A DNA stretch of 63,983 nucleotides, filler included, from Hausera hauseri (Eukaryota), in the NCBI GenBank assembly GCA_046269625.1. It is 12 parts of 12 records of this genome, joined end to end, with 100 filler letters (N's around TTAATTAATTAA, not from the genome) between each part and the next. Parts side by side here need not be neighbours in the genome. Positions count along the whole stretch, not along the records: positions 20,165 to 26,457 come from JBJURY010116542.1; positions 26,558 to 31,563 come from JBJURY010363150.1; positions 31,664 to 36,214 come from JBJURY010531343.1; positions 36,315 to 40,685 come from JBJURY010612444.1; 8 more parts are not named here. The stretch is one strand, 5' to 3'. A program made the translations under genes and the position numbers. Below the pieces are notes generated by a model. It did no database searches and was not told the DNA's origin. It saw only the letters and a program-made list of their open reading frames with translations. This document shows positions 25,801-39,154 of this stretch, piece after piece (within the stretch, counting starts at the first letter, position 1; each line of letters begins with the position of its first letter).

Positions 25801-26557
25801 TATTCACAAAACGAACCAAATAGAGGAGCTTTTAACAAAATTAAGACAGAATATAAACAATGCAATGGTGAGAGCTGCTATCATGGTTATAAACACATCA
25901 TATTATGTGATGTGATTACGTTATCATCTAATTTATAATCAATCTTCCTATTATAGCGCACACAGCACACGCAATTCTCGGATTTTCCTGACATACCTCG
26001 GAACATCGTTTCTTGTGTAAAATTTATTGACCAAAAACAGATATTACCTTCACATTTACCTAACAGTTCATTTCGGGTAAGGATACGACTTGTTAAGATC
26101 AAAATCTGATTACTAATCGTTGGCAGGTTCGATTCATTCATAAACAACGGACTATCCGATGATGAATTGAACAAAAATTATAATAACCCATAAACCTAAT
26201 CAAATAAACTTTTAACTATGCACGGCATAACCTTAATTATCATAGTAATTGAAATAATATTTTATAACGTAACTAAATATATTATAATACTTTGTTGCCT
26301 AAGAATATTAGATTTACAAATTTTGGAAACACGTTTTTAGAGAAATTTTAGGAAGTTAAGAAATTGAATGAAGGTAGTTATCATGTTTCGGAGATCCTCG
26401 CGTTAATCATTGAGATTATTTAGTTTTAAGGAAGTCAATTGCAAAAAAGTCTCTGATNNNNNNNNNNNNNNNNNNNNNNNNNNNNNNNNNNNNNNNNNNN
26501 NTTAATTAATTAANNNNNNNNNNNNNNNNNNNNNNNNNNNNNNNNNNNNNNNNNNNN

Positions 26558-29500
26558 TATGCGATGTGTTTGCTTGCAGAGGTTGAAATTGGGGGAAAAA
26601 TTGTCAAATTTTGTAGTGAATGTTGTATCGTGCAAAGGCGAGTCAGAACGAAGGGAAGAAGGTGAAGAATGGAGAAAGATTGTTGGAGACGGATGGTTAA
26701 AGGTATTCAAGAGAGTGTTATAAGACGACGGAGTAACAACAGGCGAAATGGCGGATGAAAGAGGAGAGACGAAAATTAAAGTAGAAATTGGAATTGTGTT
26801 AGGCGAAAGAGTAGAAGTAAAAAATGAGACAGAGGGAGTGGTAGAGAAAGAAAGAGAGATAGGAATAGAAGTAGGAGGTGGAAAATTATGAAGCAGAACT
26901 AGGAGCAGGAGGTGAAACTGGTGTAGCAACAAATAAAGGAACAGCAGGAAATGTAGGAGTAAAAAAAGGGGTTGACGTGTCGATTGGTGAAGTGTCGTCG
27001 ACAAAGAAGGCAAGCTTTAAGTTGGTACTGTAAGTTCTTTACAGTCTTTAGAGATAATAGCATTATGTGAATGCAGCTGTATCAGTTTATAGGGCCCCAA
27101 ATACCGCGACTGAAAACCGCACGGCGTATGATTTTTTAGCCATACGAATTTTGCTGAATACAAGTTTTTGTGTAAATGTTTTGTCTTTGTGAAGTATGCC
27201 GCAGAACGAATCTTTGCTGACCGTAACGAAGTGATTTTGCGCCGCCCGTATCGTTTTATCTGTAGGAGCGTCGTCCAGGCAGTTAGTTCGAACAATGTTC
27301 GTACAGGAGCTCCGAATAATACTTCGGTAGGTGAGCATCCCGTAGAAGTAGACGGAGTGTTCAGCCAGCCAAGCAAAACAAACGGAAGAAAATTCGTCCA
27401 ACTAGTGTTGGACTCTGCAAGGGTTCTTAGTGACGTTTTCAATGTTCGGTGGAAGAGTTCTAGGAGGCCATTCGATTGAGGATGGTAAGGCGTAGTATGT
27501 ATGTGATGGATCCCCAATCGGTTAACAAGGGATTTGAACATGTTGGATTCAAACTGTGGACCCTGGTCCGTGAAGATGAAACGAGGTGATCCAAACCTGC
27601 TAATCCATGTGCGAATGAAAACGTCAGCTGTGGTATCAGAGTTCATGCTTCGCAGAGGGATGGCTTCTGGCCATCGCGAGGAACGGTCCATCATGGTAAG
27701 AATGAATTGATGACCGTTGTCTGAGGAAGAGGGCCAACGATGTCGATATGCACGGATTCGAAACGCGATGTGCAGAGGAAGTGGAACAGTGACGGCTTTA
27801 AATGCTTAGTTGTTTTGAATTTTTGGCAAGCCATACACTCCTTAACCCATGCCTGCACATCAAAACGCATTGACGGCCATATTACTTGTCGATGGAGTAA
27901 ACGAAAAGTGGCTTTAGCATCAGGGTGGTGTAGCGAATGTACGCTATTGCAATGATGGTGAGAGAATTATGACGGAATGACCTGGTTTGGAAGTGTCTAA
28001 AGCCACGCTGTCAACAATTGTGCAAGATTTGAAAGCATTAAGCATGTCTTGAGGTGGCTGGTTCTGTTGAAGTTAAGCTTGCGTAAAAATCGGTGAAAAA
28101 TTAATCGAACTAACCGACCTACATAAAAAATCGGCAACGATTTTATTAACCCCATTAATATGTTTTATGTCGAAGTTAAATGTCGACAAGTATGATAACT
28201 GTCGTTTTTGGAGTGTGGAAGGATGTTTCATAGCCATGATGTTAAGTAAGGGTTTGTGATCGGTTTATATAGTAAAATGGCAAGTGACAAGTAGGAGAAA
28301 TGCTTTAAAGCAAGAGCGATGGCCAATAACTCTCGATCGAACGTTGAATATCTGGTTTCAGGGGGTGTTAGCTTGCGAGAAAAAAATTCTAGCGATTGAT
28401 TTTCTCCTTTGTAGATCTGGTGTAGTACAGCACCTATCGCAGTGATTTAAGCGTCTGTAGTAAGGATGAGTTCTGCAGCAGGCTTGGGAAAAGCGAGAAT
28501 GTCGACGGTCTTAATTCATTCGCGTAGCTTATCAAATTTGTCTACAAACTCAGGTGTCCACTGGATTGGCTGATGTTTTTGCCACCGCTTGCGTGCAAAT
28601 GGTGCTGTCAATTCGGAGCAATATGGTACATATTTGTATACAAAGTGTAGTATACCGAGGAAGCTGCGCATTTCGGTGGTCGTACGTGGCAATTGGATAT
28701 TCTTAAGGGCTTCAACGCGGTCTAGTTGAGAAGAGTGGCCGTCTGGTGAAATAACGTGACCTAAAAAGTTGATGCGCTTTTTAGTGAAATGGCATTTTTC
28801 GAAATTGGCTTGGAGATTATGGTGGTTAAGGCGTTGGAATATTGCGTGTTGTTTGGACGAAGACGAAACGATGAGAATAGGATCAATGTAAGGGTGCGCA
28901 AACTGGAAATTTGAGAGAATCGAATCAATATGTCGCTGAAAGGTCTGGGCGCATTTCTTAAACCGAAAGGCATAAACAGGTACTTGTAGAGGCCAAAAGG
29001 AGTAGTGACAGCAGTTTTTTCTATTTCTTCGGGTTCCACCGGTATTTGGTGGTATGCTTTGGCTAAATCGATGGTCGAATATGTTAGTTGAATTAAGGCG
29101 ATGCAGGATGCCCTTGATGAGTGGTAAGGGGTAGGAATCCATGATGGTCAAGTTGTTCAACTGTCGGTAGTCACCACGTGGTCTAAAAGTACAGTCATTT
29201 TTTGTACAACGTGTAAAGGTGACGACCGAGGAGATTTCGAACGGCGTACAATGCCGGAGCGTTCTAGTTTAAGAAATGCGGCTTCTACGGCTTGTCTACG
29301 ATGAGGTGACAGTGGTCTTACCTTTTGACATATTGGTCGTTGATGCTGTGCAGTTATGAGATGTACAGTGCTGTTTGTAGGAATCAACGCACGATCTTTT
29401 TTAAGTACGCGTGGACATGATGTGGTAACGGATTGCTGTAAAGTTGTAGGTAACTGTGAGAGATTTGGCAGAAGTGATGAAACGGCTTGAGTAGTAGCGG

Positions 29501-31563
29501 ATGCAATTTGTAAATTGTTTTGTGATGTGCAGTCAAGTAGTATTTGGTGTAAGATGGTCGAATTAAAAATAGTGTTGGATGAAGTGATTTCGTCGAGTGA
29601 ATGAACATTTGTGGCAGTACCACAATTATCGATATTGAAGCTCGATCGAATATCAATATTATTATTTAAAAATTTACGAATTGAATTATTGTTATAGAAA
29701 TTCGAATTATATATTGATTTTTCCAAAATTCACCTCCGTGTCTCGATCGATTGCACGGTAGTTAAAATGCTATTGACATGCTCAGTATTTCTGCCAGTGA
29801 TGCCGCTCCTCAGACATCGTTGACTACAGTCAACCAATAAATTATAATGTGATACAAAATTGGACCCTAGAATTGCCATCTGGATGTCAACAACTGTGAA
29901 TGTCCAGTGGAAAGGTGAAGGAAATTTTGGTAAGATGAAAAATAATTTAGCCGTGACAGAAATGCGCAGCGGTTGACCTGAAGGGGTGTATAAGTGTTTA
30001 ATTCTAAATGGTGAATTTTGTACAGAGAAAGATTGTGGTAATAAGGAAATCGCTGCACCTGTATCAATGAGGAAATATACGGATTGCGTTGTAGGAGAGG
30101 TGATTGCAGCCTTTAGAGTAAAGACAGCAAAAGAGGCATGTCGGCATTCAGAAAGTGAAGTAGTGCTTTTGCCAAAGTTTGCCGTGACTTCTGGAGGCAA
30201 ATTTAGTTTTTTTGAAAAGGTGAACTAGGATGACTATTAGAAGAAAAGGTAGTACTTCCGTCATTCGTGTCTGGTTTCAAAGTGCAGCCTGGAATGAATT
30301 TACGAGTTTGATTTTTAAACTTTGCGTGGTAAATGCAAACAACGGTGACTGAAGGAAAACTTTTATTGTAAAATTTGCACCCTTTGCAGCATTTCTTGGC
30401 ATTCTTGTTGAATCTGCTGTGATAATAGCAGATTGACGACCGCGCAGGCAATGGTGACCAGTTTTTAGATGCAGAATGGGCGAGGTTTGCAAGAAAATCC
30501 CTTCGCCGGGACACGGAAAGCTCATTCAATTTGTTGTTTATATTGTTAATGGTTGCGTGTAGTGCGGTATTTTCAGCACGTAGCTGATTGAGTTGTTGTT
30601 CTATTGATATGTTATTGGTTTGAATATCATTAGGGGCAACTGCCGCCGAAACAACTTATGGACAATGTAAGTGTAGAACACCATGTGTTTTATCAGCTAA
30701 TTCGGTCAATTTATCAAGAGCCGTGGAGTCCTCCACCACGGTAAGTAGGGCCCCAATTTGGATAAGTAACGCGATTAAAAAGTAATGACGCAGTAGTTCG
30801 GGGTAGTGTTCTTTACTGACGCCGAGAGTTTGCAGATGTGACAAAGACGTGCCTAAAAGTTATGATGGTCGTTGTGTGCGTATAGAATTGTCGTGGAAGA
30901 AGCGTTGTATGACGGTGTCGATTGAGGGTTCTGTGATTTTAAGAACAGCGTTGGAGAGCTGTCAGTATGAGTCAGGAAGTTCAAATATTTCAAGGCTGTT
31001 GTTAATTCGTGTTTTAATGTTGTTAGGGAGTAAGAAGAGGATATTGTGTCTTGGTTAAGGGGTCGGTGATATTGTTTGCCTGTAGCCACAGTTGATGGAA
31101 TTGCAGCCAAACTTTGCTGGAGCCTTGGTTGCCAATGAAGAATTCGGTGCAATTAGGGAAAGGAGCGAAAGGGGTAGTAGGTAAAGTATTATTGGTGGAA
31201 GAAGGAATGGATTTTTGAAGTAGTATGACAAATTTTGGTTTCGTGGTGGTTTTATCCGTGGTGTCTATGGTGGGTGATGAATTCATGCCACCACGGATGC
31301 GGAAGTGTATGTGGAAGTGAATATAAGTTGAAAAAGGTTACAGGGTACCAACGAGAGGTACCATGGAGCCGTGGTGTGACGTAAAAGTCAGATGAGCGAA
31401 GAAAAGTGGAGGACGTAGTATATAGTAGCAGTGTTTAATTATGTTAATGCATTTGTACGAATGTTTATTATTTAAAGAAGAGGAAATACGGAGATGTCGT
31501 GTAGCCGGGGGCGTGTCGTGGGGGTTCAGTAAACGGTGTCGCCTGACCCAATGATATAGGGTG
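26558..31563 (-). mobile_element. Near-complete degraded Ty3/Gypsy element: gag - PR - RT - RNase H - IN - Pro/Ser-rich tail
   Basis: Gag with CYYHSRF..AKKC..C motif; FLIDTGAAISLLP; [22 protein letters not shown]; RNase H SRKLTPPETRYSTFDRELL; IN RWPEAIPL...TDQGPQFES...YHPQSNGLLE...YLGPYKL. Confidence 0.92.
30206..30212 (-). promoter_or_regulatory. A_AAA_AAC -1 ribosomal frameshift heptamer at the gag/pro junction
   Basis: Minus strand CAA AAA AAC TAA ends gag (stop 30205-30203); the -1 frame continues KLNLPPEVT into the protease ORF. Confidence 0.75.
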
Positions 31564-31822
31564 NNNNNNNNNNNNNNNNNNNNNNNNNNNNNNNNNNNNN
31601 NNNNNNNTTAATTAATTAANNNNNNNNNNNNNNNNNNNNNNNNNNNNNNNNNNNNNNNNNNNNATGTAACAAATTGGTAACTATACCAAAGAACATTACA
31701 TGTATTTATCGTGAACATGGTTCACATTGTGCATATAAAATATGTTTTGCGTTATGTCAAAGTTATATTTTTACTAAATAAATGTTGCTGAACATATGTT
31801 TTTAAAGACTAAAAATAATGAA

Positions 31823-32149
31823 CTATAAAATATGTATCAAAACAACACTATCAACTTTGTGCTCAGTCGTACTGTCAGAATCAACGATAGTTTCATCACT
31901 ATCATCTTCTAGTCAGATAATGGGAGGATCATCTATTAGCATAATCTGGACCCAAATCACATATATACATTGGTCCTCTGAATCCTACACGACAACGTAT
32001 TCGCACTGTACCCTGCACATGGGGCACGTCATGCTGTGCCTCAGCCACTGTTGTAGAACACTGCAACAGAATAGGTGATTATCACATGTGGCGAGTCTCA
32101 TCTTTGCGCCACGCATTGGCTCGAAGCATATTGAGCATTAATTTTCCAT
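31823..32149 (-). pseudogene. Polinton/adintovirus-associated RING protein with acidic tail (3 in-frame stops)
   Basis: MEN*CSICFEPMRGAKMRLATCDNHLFCCSVLQQWLRHSMTCPMCRV...IMLIDDPPII*LEDDSDETIVDSDS, all in one frame. Confidence 0.7.
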
Positions 32150-32487
32150 AATTAAATTTTGAAATTTGAACTAATGAATTATCAATGCATATAACTGTGT
32201 AATGTGTGAAGATATTTATTACTAATTTGAATTATCCACTGTCAATTGCTTAAGTATTTACTTAGTTTTTTTAGTTTATTTAGCATTAGTTTATGTAGTA
32301 TTATTATCATTGTCTTATATAGTCCTATTATTACTATCCTTTATTTAGCTTTAACCTAGTCTTACTCATTTCTTTACCTTGCACCACATTACCTGATAAA
32401 AAAGGTATATATTAAAACAAACTTTTATTAACATAACAATACATTGTTTTCAAGCAACATGACATTCAGAACAACAATAATGTTCAT

Positions 32488-35400
32488 TTACATAATATCC
32501 TGCTGCACATAACCATGAGGCAGTGTTCTAATGCCATCCTCCCTTATCCATCGCTTATCGTCGTACCAGTCCCAGCTTTTCTTCACCAACTTAACTACTG
32601 CGATCTTATGTTCTCTGGACTGTATCCTTTTTATTTCGGACTTGATATTGCATTGATCCCGCAGCACCCGAACATAATAATCAAATGTTATATTCCTGGC
32701 CAGTGTTGATTTTTGTACCCCTTTGCCCGTTTCTTAATTTGTCTGCACACAGCGATGGCGTACATTTGTGACCGAAGAGCCACAAACCTCGATATTATCC
32801 TTGTATTAACTTCGTCCTTTAACTTGCCCAAAACCTTCTTATTCATCAAAGAATAATTTCTGTGTTCTTTAGGGTAATCGGATGTATCCATATGTGTAGC
32901 TAATTTGGCAAAGTCATCATACATGTCCGCCGTTTGAATTTGATACACGAAGGAGTCAGTATCCATGTACATTAGCTGCAGCCTTTTGTTGAATGTTGGA
33001 ACCATTACGTCATAATGGAAATTTTACATTAGTGTCTTCGATATGTCCAGTATGGACATGCCAACATATATGGGCTTACTGAATTCCAGGCTCGTCTTAA
33101 GCATATGGATACTGACGAGGTTTTCTACATATATAATACTGCTGTGAAAGTTGGGCTTCGTAATTAGTTTTTTCGCCCTCTTCCAATCACAGACCAGTTC
33201 TATATTTATTCGGTTCCTGATGTTCTCCATTGTTTTTCCGAACACAATGTTGTTGTACAACTTCTACTGGTTCTTTTCGAAGTCATTTTTCGCGTCGGTC
33301 CTCAGCTTTGTGTTAAAATCGATATATGGTTGCAGCCACCTGGATTGACTGAACCAAAGGGATCGATGGATCTTCGTGATGCGGAGTCCATTCTTTATCG
33401 CCTGCTGGAGATTAATGTAATGTGCTACATATCTCTCCTTGTTCTCCATATAACAGAGCAATTTTGTAAATTTTCTGTTTGGCGGCTGTTTGCTGTCTGA
33501 GAGGAAAAACAGCTGTTCATGCCTTTTGTGGATATCATTTGGGTATTCCACGTCTACCTCCAATATGTATCCAACATCTCCGTTTGGGTCCAGGTCCTGG
33601 ATCTTGATCTCGTCCGGCTGCTCATCTCATTGAAAATTGCTGTATGGTAATAGCTTGCTTATTGCCCAACCATATAGGTTGTTTGCATCTAGGTATGTGA
33701 CGTATTGGGATGGTTTCAATGCATCATAATCTGCCATATAAATGTAGTTGGCTTCACTATATCTGTGAATGGCCTGACAGATTCCTCCCCTGATTCCTCG
33801 CTCGATCATGAAGTCCATGTTATAGTCCTTTAGGATCTGCAACCGGATACCCGTATATGTGAGCATTGCTGCCCAACTCATTTCAGAGGCAGTAGAGAAA
33901 TGAGCCGGATCCAGCTTGTGACTCGCAAGTGTGACGTCTCTGAACCTTTCGAAGACGTTCGTAAGCAGCAGCACGTCTGTTTGGAGATATACATCGCTAT
34001 AATCTTCAATTGTCCTGCATTTGAATGTCTGCCAGACTCGCTGTGAGTGTTCATAATCAGTATCACTGATACCTGTGTCTGACAGTTTGCTGTAGAAGTC
34101 TTTCTTAGCTGGAAGTGTTGTCTCGTCCAATGATCCCCACGAAGTTATATAATTATAGGGGAAAACACCACTCCTTTTGACTAAATCGAAAGTTGTTGGG
34201 AAAAACTTCTTCGTTTCCTTCAACTTTTCTTCTGGTAGATTTTTGATCAGGCTGTCCAGTAACGATTCCATAAAACGATAACTGTCGATAAATCTAAGTC
34301 TGGTGTGGCCCACATATATAGTAAATGAGATATATTTCTCTTCGCTATTCGGGATCACCTGAATGTCACCCTTAATGTTGCCGAATTCATGAATAGTGAA
34401 ATGGGAGTTATATCCACTGAGATTTTGGAATATGACGGGGACATGTGAACAGGTTTTACATCGTAGGTTGCAATTGTTGCAAGCTGCGCCTCTGTATTTG
34501 CCGGTTACATGGCAATGATCCCTTACCTGCCTGTTCTTTATCGTACATAGGCTTCTGCATAGGTAGTATAATGTTGCCATATGCACATCTGGATTCTCTG
34601 ATGATGACATCACATTTGTATCTTTACGTTTCTGTCGAATCTCTTGAATTCTGTAGACCACATCCTCCAATCGCTTTATGAAGTGTGCCGCTGAATTTTG
34701 ACCCTTGAATAAGAATGGCTCCGCATCGAGTCTTTTGTCATACATACAGTATGATGATAACTCGTGCTGCTGGTATGCCGTTTCGCTACTCCATTGAGAA
34801 TTGGGACTACAACTGTGCACTGGTCTGAGGATCGCTTCAAAGTCGCAGTATATAACTACTGGCACTTTGAGCATTTTTTCGTACTCCTGGAACTCGATAT
34901 AATTTTCCTTAGGAAATTCAGTCCGGATGCAATAGTTTTTATTGCAGTACATCCTATGTTCCTTGAGCTTCTCCTCAGCACCTTCACCGCTAAAATGTGA
35001 CAAACAGCATTTGCATATTGTAATTCCTTTATGATTTTTTGTAATTTGGGATCTGATGAGACGTTCAAAATTCCTTATCCATACGTAGTGGCTCTTATCA
35101 CCATCGTCTATCATGAGAAGATCCTTATGGTCATTACGTTCCACCTCACACACGTTTAGGGGATAGAATCTATTTGTTTCGTCCACTGAAAATTTATTAA
35201 TGGATATATGATTCACACGTGCAAATTTCTTGATTTCCTCCAAAGTTTGTGAAAACGTCATGCAATCAAAATCATAGCTATGCCGTAAGTCATTGCACAA
35301 CCAAACCCGCGAGGCATTATGTTCATCCGCTATGAGTTTCGATAAGATGGTATATTTAAAGCACATGTTGTCCTGATTGAGCACATTTACACATGCTTTC

Positions 35401-36214
35401 TTCTTGCGGATCCACTCTGGGAGCTCTATGTAGGAGCTACCTCTCATCGGGCTGTACTTATGTACATGAATCATCAATCGCGTGACTGATGAGAGAGCCC
35501 AGCTGCTCCCCTTATACTGGCTCTCCTCACCTTCATGGATAAGTTTTGTATATTCCTCATTGATCCATTCTTGAATGTTGGTAGACTGCGTTATCGGCCT
35601 ATTCTTCGTCTTGAATGTCCGATGTGATATTTCGAAATCGACATTACTGTATGCTGCCTCTAACTTAAGGTTGACTTGAAGGGCCTTGAGTTCCACCAAA
35701 ATGTCCTGGATGATACCCATACTTTCATTTGATGCAGAGTCCAGGAACTCATTGACGGTTGAATGACCTGTTGCGTCAATTATATATTTGCAGACCTTAC
35801 CTCCGAGTGCAGATGAATCAACTGACCGCTGCCTCTGACTTTTAGGTGCGGCACTAGTGGCTGCCGCAGCACCTCGGAAGTCAGCATGGTGGACTGTATG
35901 GTCTGTGTATAACTGTGAGTATTCAGCGCCGGTCACAGTCTCGCATACTGGGCAGATGTAATAGTCCAATCCATAATATTTTTGCCCATAATATTGTCGC
36001 ATTACTCTGTGGCAATCCTCCGAATTATGTGCTGCTGATGTGCAGTAGGTGTATGTTGGACACCTTTGAGTATTCGGTTTTTCAGCATTATGCACAGATG
36101 GCATATTTGAACGGAATATCTACTTCTTGGATTTTGATGCAAAATATTCCAGATGGTGGGCATGATCTTCTTGAAATTCTTCATGCGTTCTGCATATCGT
36201 CTCACATCTGGGGC
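32488..36214 (-). mobile_element. Polinton/adintovirus-like protein-primed family B DNA polymerase (broken into several ORFs) with an endonuclease VII-like Zn domain
   Basis: GSSYIELP, IYCDFEA (ExoI), RDHCHVTGKYRGAACNNCN, FIDSYRFM, YLDANNLYGWA, NNIVFGKTMEN, YMDTDS, DDKR. Confidence 0.93.
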
Positions 36215-36314
36215 NNNNNNNNNNNNNNNNNNNNNNNNNNNNNNNNNNNNNNNNNNNNTTAATTAATTAANNNNNNNNNNNNNNNNNNNNNNNNNNNNNN
36301 NNNNNNNNNNNNNN

Positions 36315-36434
36315 GGGCCCTTCACCGCTCTTCACTGCCGATTGGGCTTTGACATGTCGCAATAACGGTAGAACGTATGCCAGAGTCTTCCTGCTGCCGG
36401 TTTTTGCAACACCAATGACGTCCCTGCCGGACAT
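36315..36434 (-). pseudogene. DDX46: DEAD-box helicase DDX46/PRP5 fragment (motif I region, GKT>RKT)
   Basis: [40 protein letters not shown]; truncated by the spacer; no Q-motif or clear acceptor immediately upstream. Confidence 0.75.
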
Positions 36435-38231
36435 AACCGTAGAATTTACCCCATGAAATTTTACTAAAATCAATATCTATATAAAAAATATTTTACGACC
36501 AAAAGAATTAACTTCATCAATAAAATCAAATGCATAATAAAACTCACAAATCATTCACATTGTAATGCGAAATCATACTTTGAATTTTTCTACTAAAATA
36601 AAATATCTTGTCAAAATTTGACGGAAATATAAAATTATTCATTTTAACTGTTTCACGTTGATTATTCAAATAATAATTTCCAGGAATTAATTTTCGGTGG
36701 TCAATAGGCACAATCGAAACAATTGCGTCTTCAATTTTATTCTAAAATTTACGCAATAATAAATTAATTGTCATACAATTCTTACTTGAATAAATATTTT
36801 ATTTTTACTCCAATTTTTATGACGTAAAACTAAAAACCACACTAGTAAAATAATCACCAAACCAATTATCAATCCAATAAGGAAGAAAACGAAATAAGCT
36901 GCACTATTGTCGAAATACAAAACACAATTCGAATCCATTTAAAATTTGGTTAAAGTGTTACTATGTATCAAAATGTATTGATACATTTAAACAAAACGTG
37001 TTAGGTTAATTTTTCCATATGGCTTTTTCAATTGAAATTCACGTTTGACTTCAAATTAAAAATACCATTCTTTTTATTTATTTGTTTAAAATGAAATCAT
37101 TAGTAAACAACAATAATTTTGTCCTGTACTTTTCACACTCAGTGATCTTTCAGTGCAGAAATATTTTTATTATGTAGAGTATACGTGCAAAATTGATATG
37201 TAGAATTGATATAAGAATATAAGAAAAATCTCATCGATCTTTAAACGAAATATAAATAAATTGGTATTTATGATTTTCGATTTTTGTAGTTTAAAAAATA
37301 ATCTTTTTCAACTCTATCGTCCAAGAATTACAAAGTCTGCTCCATTTCATGTTTTATAAGACTGATAAGTGGAAATGGATTATAAAATCAACCCGAGTTC
37401 ATGAATAATTCAAATCTAAATTAAAATTGATTTTCTTAAAACTAATCGGTATAATAAATAAAAGTTAAAAGTATAGAATAATAAAAAAAAACTTATTGCT
37501 CAATATTTAATTATTCACCTTCAAATTATGAGATACATTTACATTAAGTATAGTTTTGGATGATTTTTATTTTAAAATTTAGTTCATTCATAAGTTTGAT
37601 CTGGTTTCATAAATCAATTTCACTTACCTTAAATCTACTTTATATTTATTAAATTTATTATCGTATTTGCGACATAAAATATACTGGAGAGACATATTTT
37701 AGTTTATCATCCATGAATATCTTTTGGGTTCACAAATATTTCTTAACTCGTTTAATTTAGTCTACTGAACATATCGAATAAATTACTTTTCATTATTATA
37801 CGCGAAATTTTACTGTTAGTTTTACTCTTTAAGGATGCAATTTCCTTACGTCAAAATCCTTCAATTCATTGTAATTTTTAGTTATTTTGCTTTATTTAAC
37901 AAATGTGATGACAGTTTTATCTTCTGCTTTTTATTAAGTTTTCCATAAGTACGATTATAAATTTTGAACAATTTTAATATAGATATGATAAATGAAATGG
38001 CATAAAGATTTGAATACTTAAATCGGTTGTGCAATTTATTTGAAGTAATCGTTGTTAAGAAGTGGTCACTTGTGAGTAATAGAAACGTTCAATTCATATA
38101 TCGAAGTGTTACTCATTCTAATTCAAATCAATTTACTTTTGTAACTGACTTTTTGCATTTAGAAAATTGTTGAAAATCTTCTTAGTGATGGGCTTCTCGG
38201 TGATTGCTATTCATTGTTACTCATTAAACAA

Positions 38232-38508
38232 CTACTTAAACTTTTCAAAGCCTAAAACAAAAATACTTGATAAAAAATGGCAATCATACAAAAATACCGT
38301 TAAATAAAGTTGGATAATTTTCCTTATAATACTCCATTCGGTCTGCAAAATGCAAATAATGACAATACATAAGTAAAACTTCACCTGGATTGTTTTTTGC
38401 CTTGTAAATGACGTAACCAACTCCGATAAATCCAGATAAAATGTTCAATAATAAGAAAGCTTTCATTTGTGTCCGTCTCCTTGCATCTTTACTCAGATAA
38501 ATCCTCAT
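38232..38508 (-). CDS. Small (about 62 aa) single-TM protein, CEBPZOS-like; introns 38343-38384 and 38252-38297
   Basis: Spliced translation MRIYLSKDARRRTQMKAFLLLNILSGFIGVGYVIYKAKNNPDRMEYYKENYPTLFNGFEKFK*; GT-AG introns of 42 and 46 bp. Confidence 0.5.
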
Positions 38509-38846
38509 CGGTGTCGGTAAAAAATAAAATTTGAAACAGTAAACTGAATATTGCCGAAAAACCCCAAAAATGTATGTCAAATAAAACTTATTATAAAATC
38601 TATATACCAAATACCGCATAATATCATTAGAATTTATGAAAACTTTTTATTTTCTAATATTTCATATTAAAAATATTATTTCTTTAATCAAGTAAATAAC
38701 TGGAATAAATAAAATGAAAAATACTATTTGTAATATCACAATTATGTAATTCGAAAAAAGAAAATAGCAGTAACCATTAAAAGTAACTATATATCAAAGA
38801 ATTTCTACATTTTAACAATTCCACGAACACTAAAAATTAATTTTTA

Positions 38847-39154
38847 ATGAGAGTTAACTGTTGCTGATAAAAGATTCGTGCTGTATGATTATTTTTATTG
38901 TTCAATATTCCGATAGTATTTGGATTAGCCGGGGCTTTATATTACGAATTATCTAATGACGAAAGTTGTTCTTCTTTGCTTATTTATATTAATTATTTAT
39001 TCACAGAAAAATACCAACAATTCAGTGAGACTTATCCTTGGTTAATTGCGGCAAACAAAAGTTATTTTTGGTACTGTTTTTTGGAAATTCTATTCTATTT
39101 GTAGGGTATCAACAACACTTAAGATCATTGAAAGGATGCATGAAAGCAGAATAA
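38847..39154 (+). pseudogene. Divergent paralogue of 38232..38508 with three early in-frame stops; introns 38965-39006 and 39061-39104
   Basis: MRVNCC**KIRAV*LFLLFNIPIVFGLAGALYYELSNDEKKYQQFSETYPWLIAANKRYQQHLRSLKGCMKAE*; 42-bp phase-1 intron at the same position as in the partner gene. Confidence 0.45.

Noticed and set aside
31340-31563. 5' LTR/PBS of the Gypsy element
   Set aside because: An AATAAA is present on the minus strand, but no second LTR or convincing PBS is available in the contig to define boundaries.
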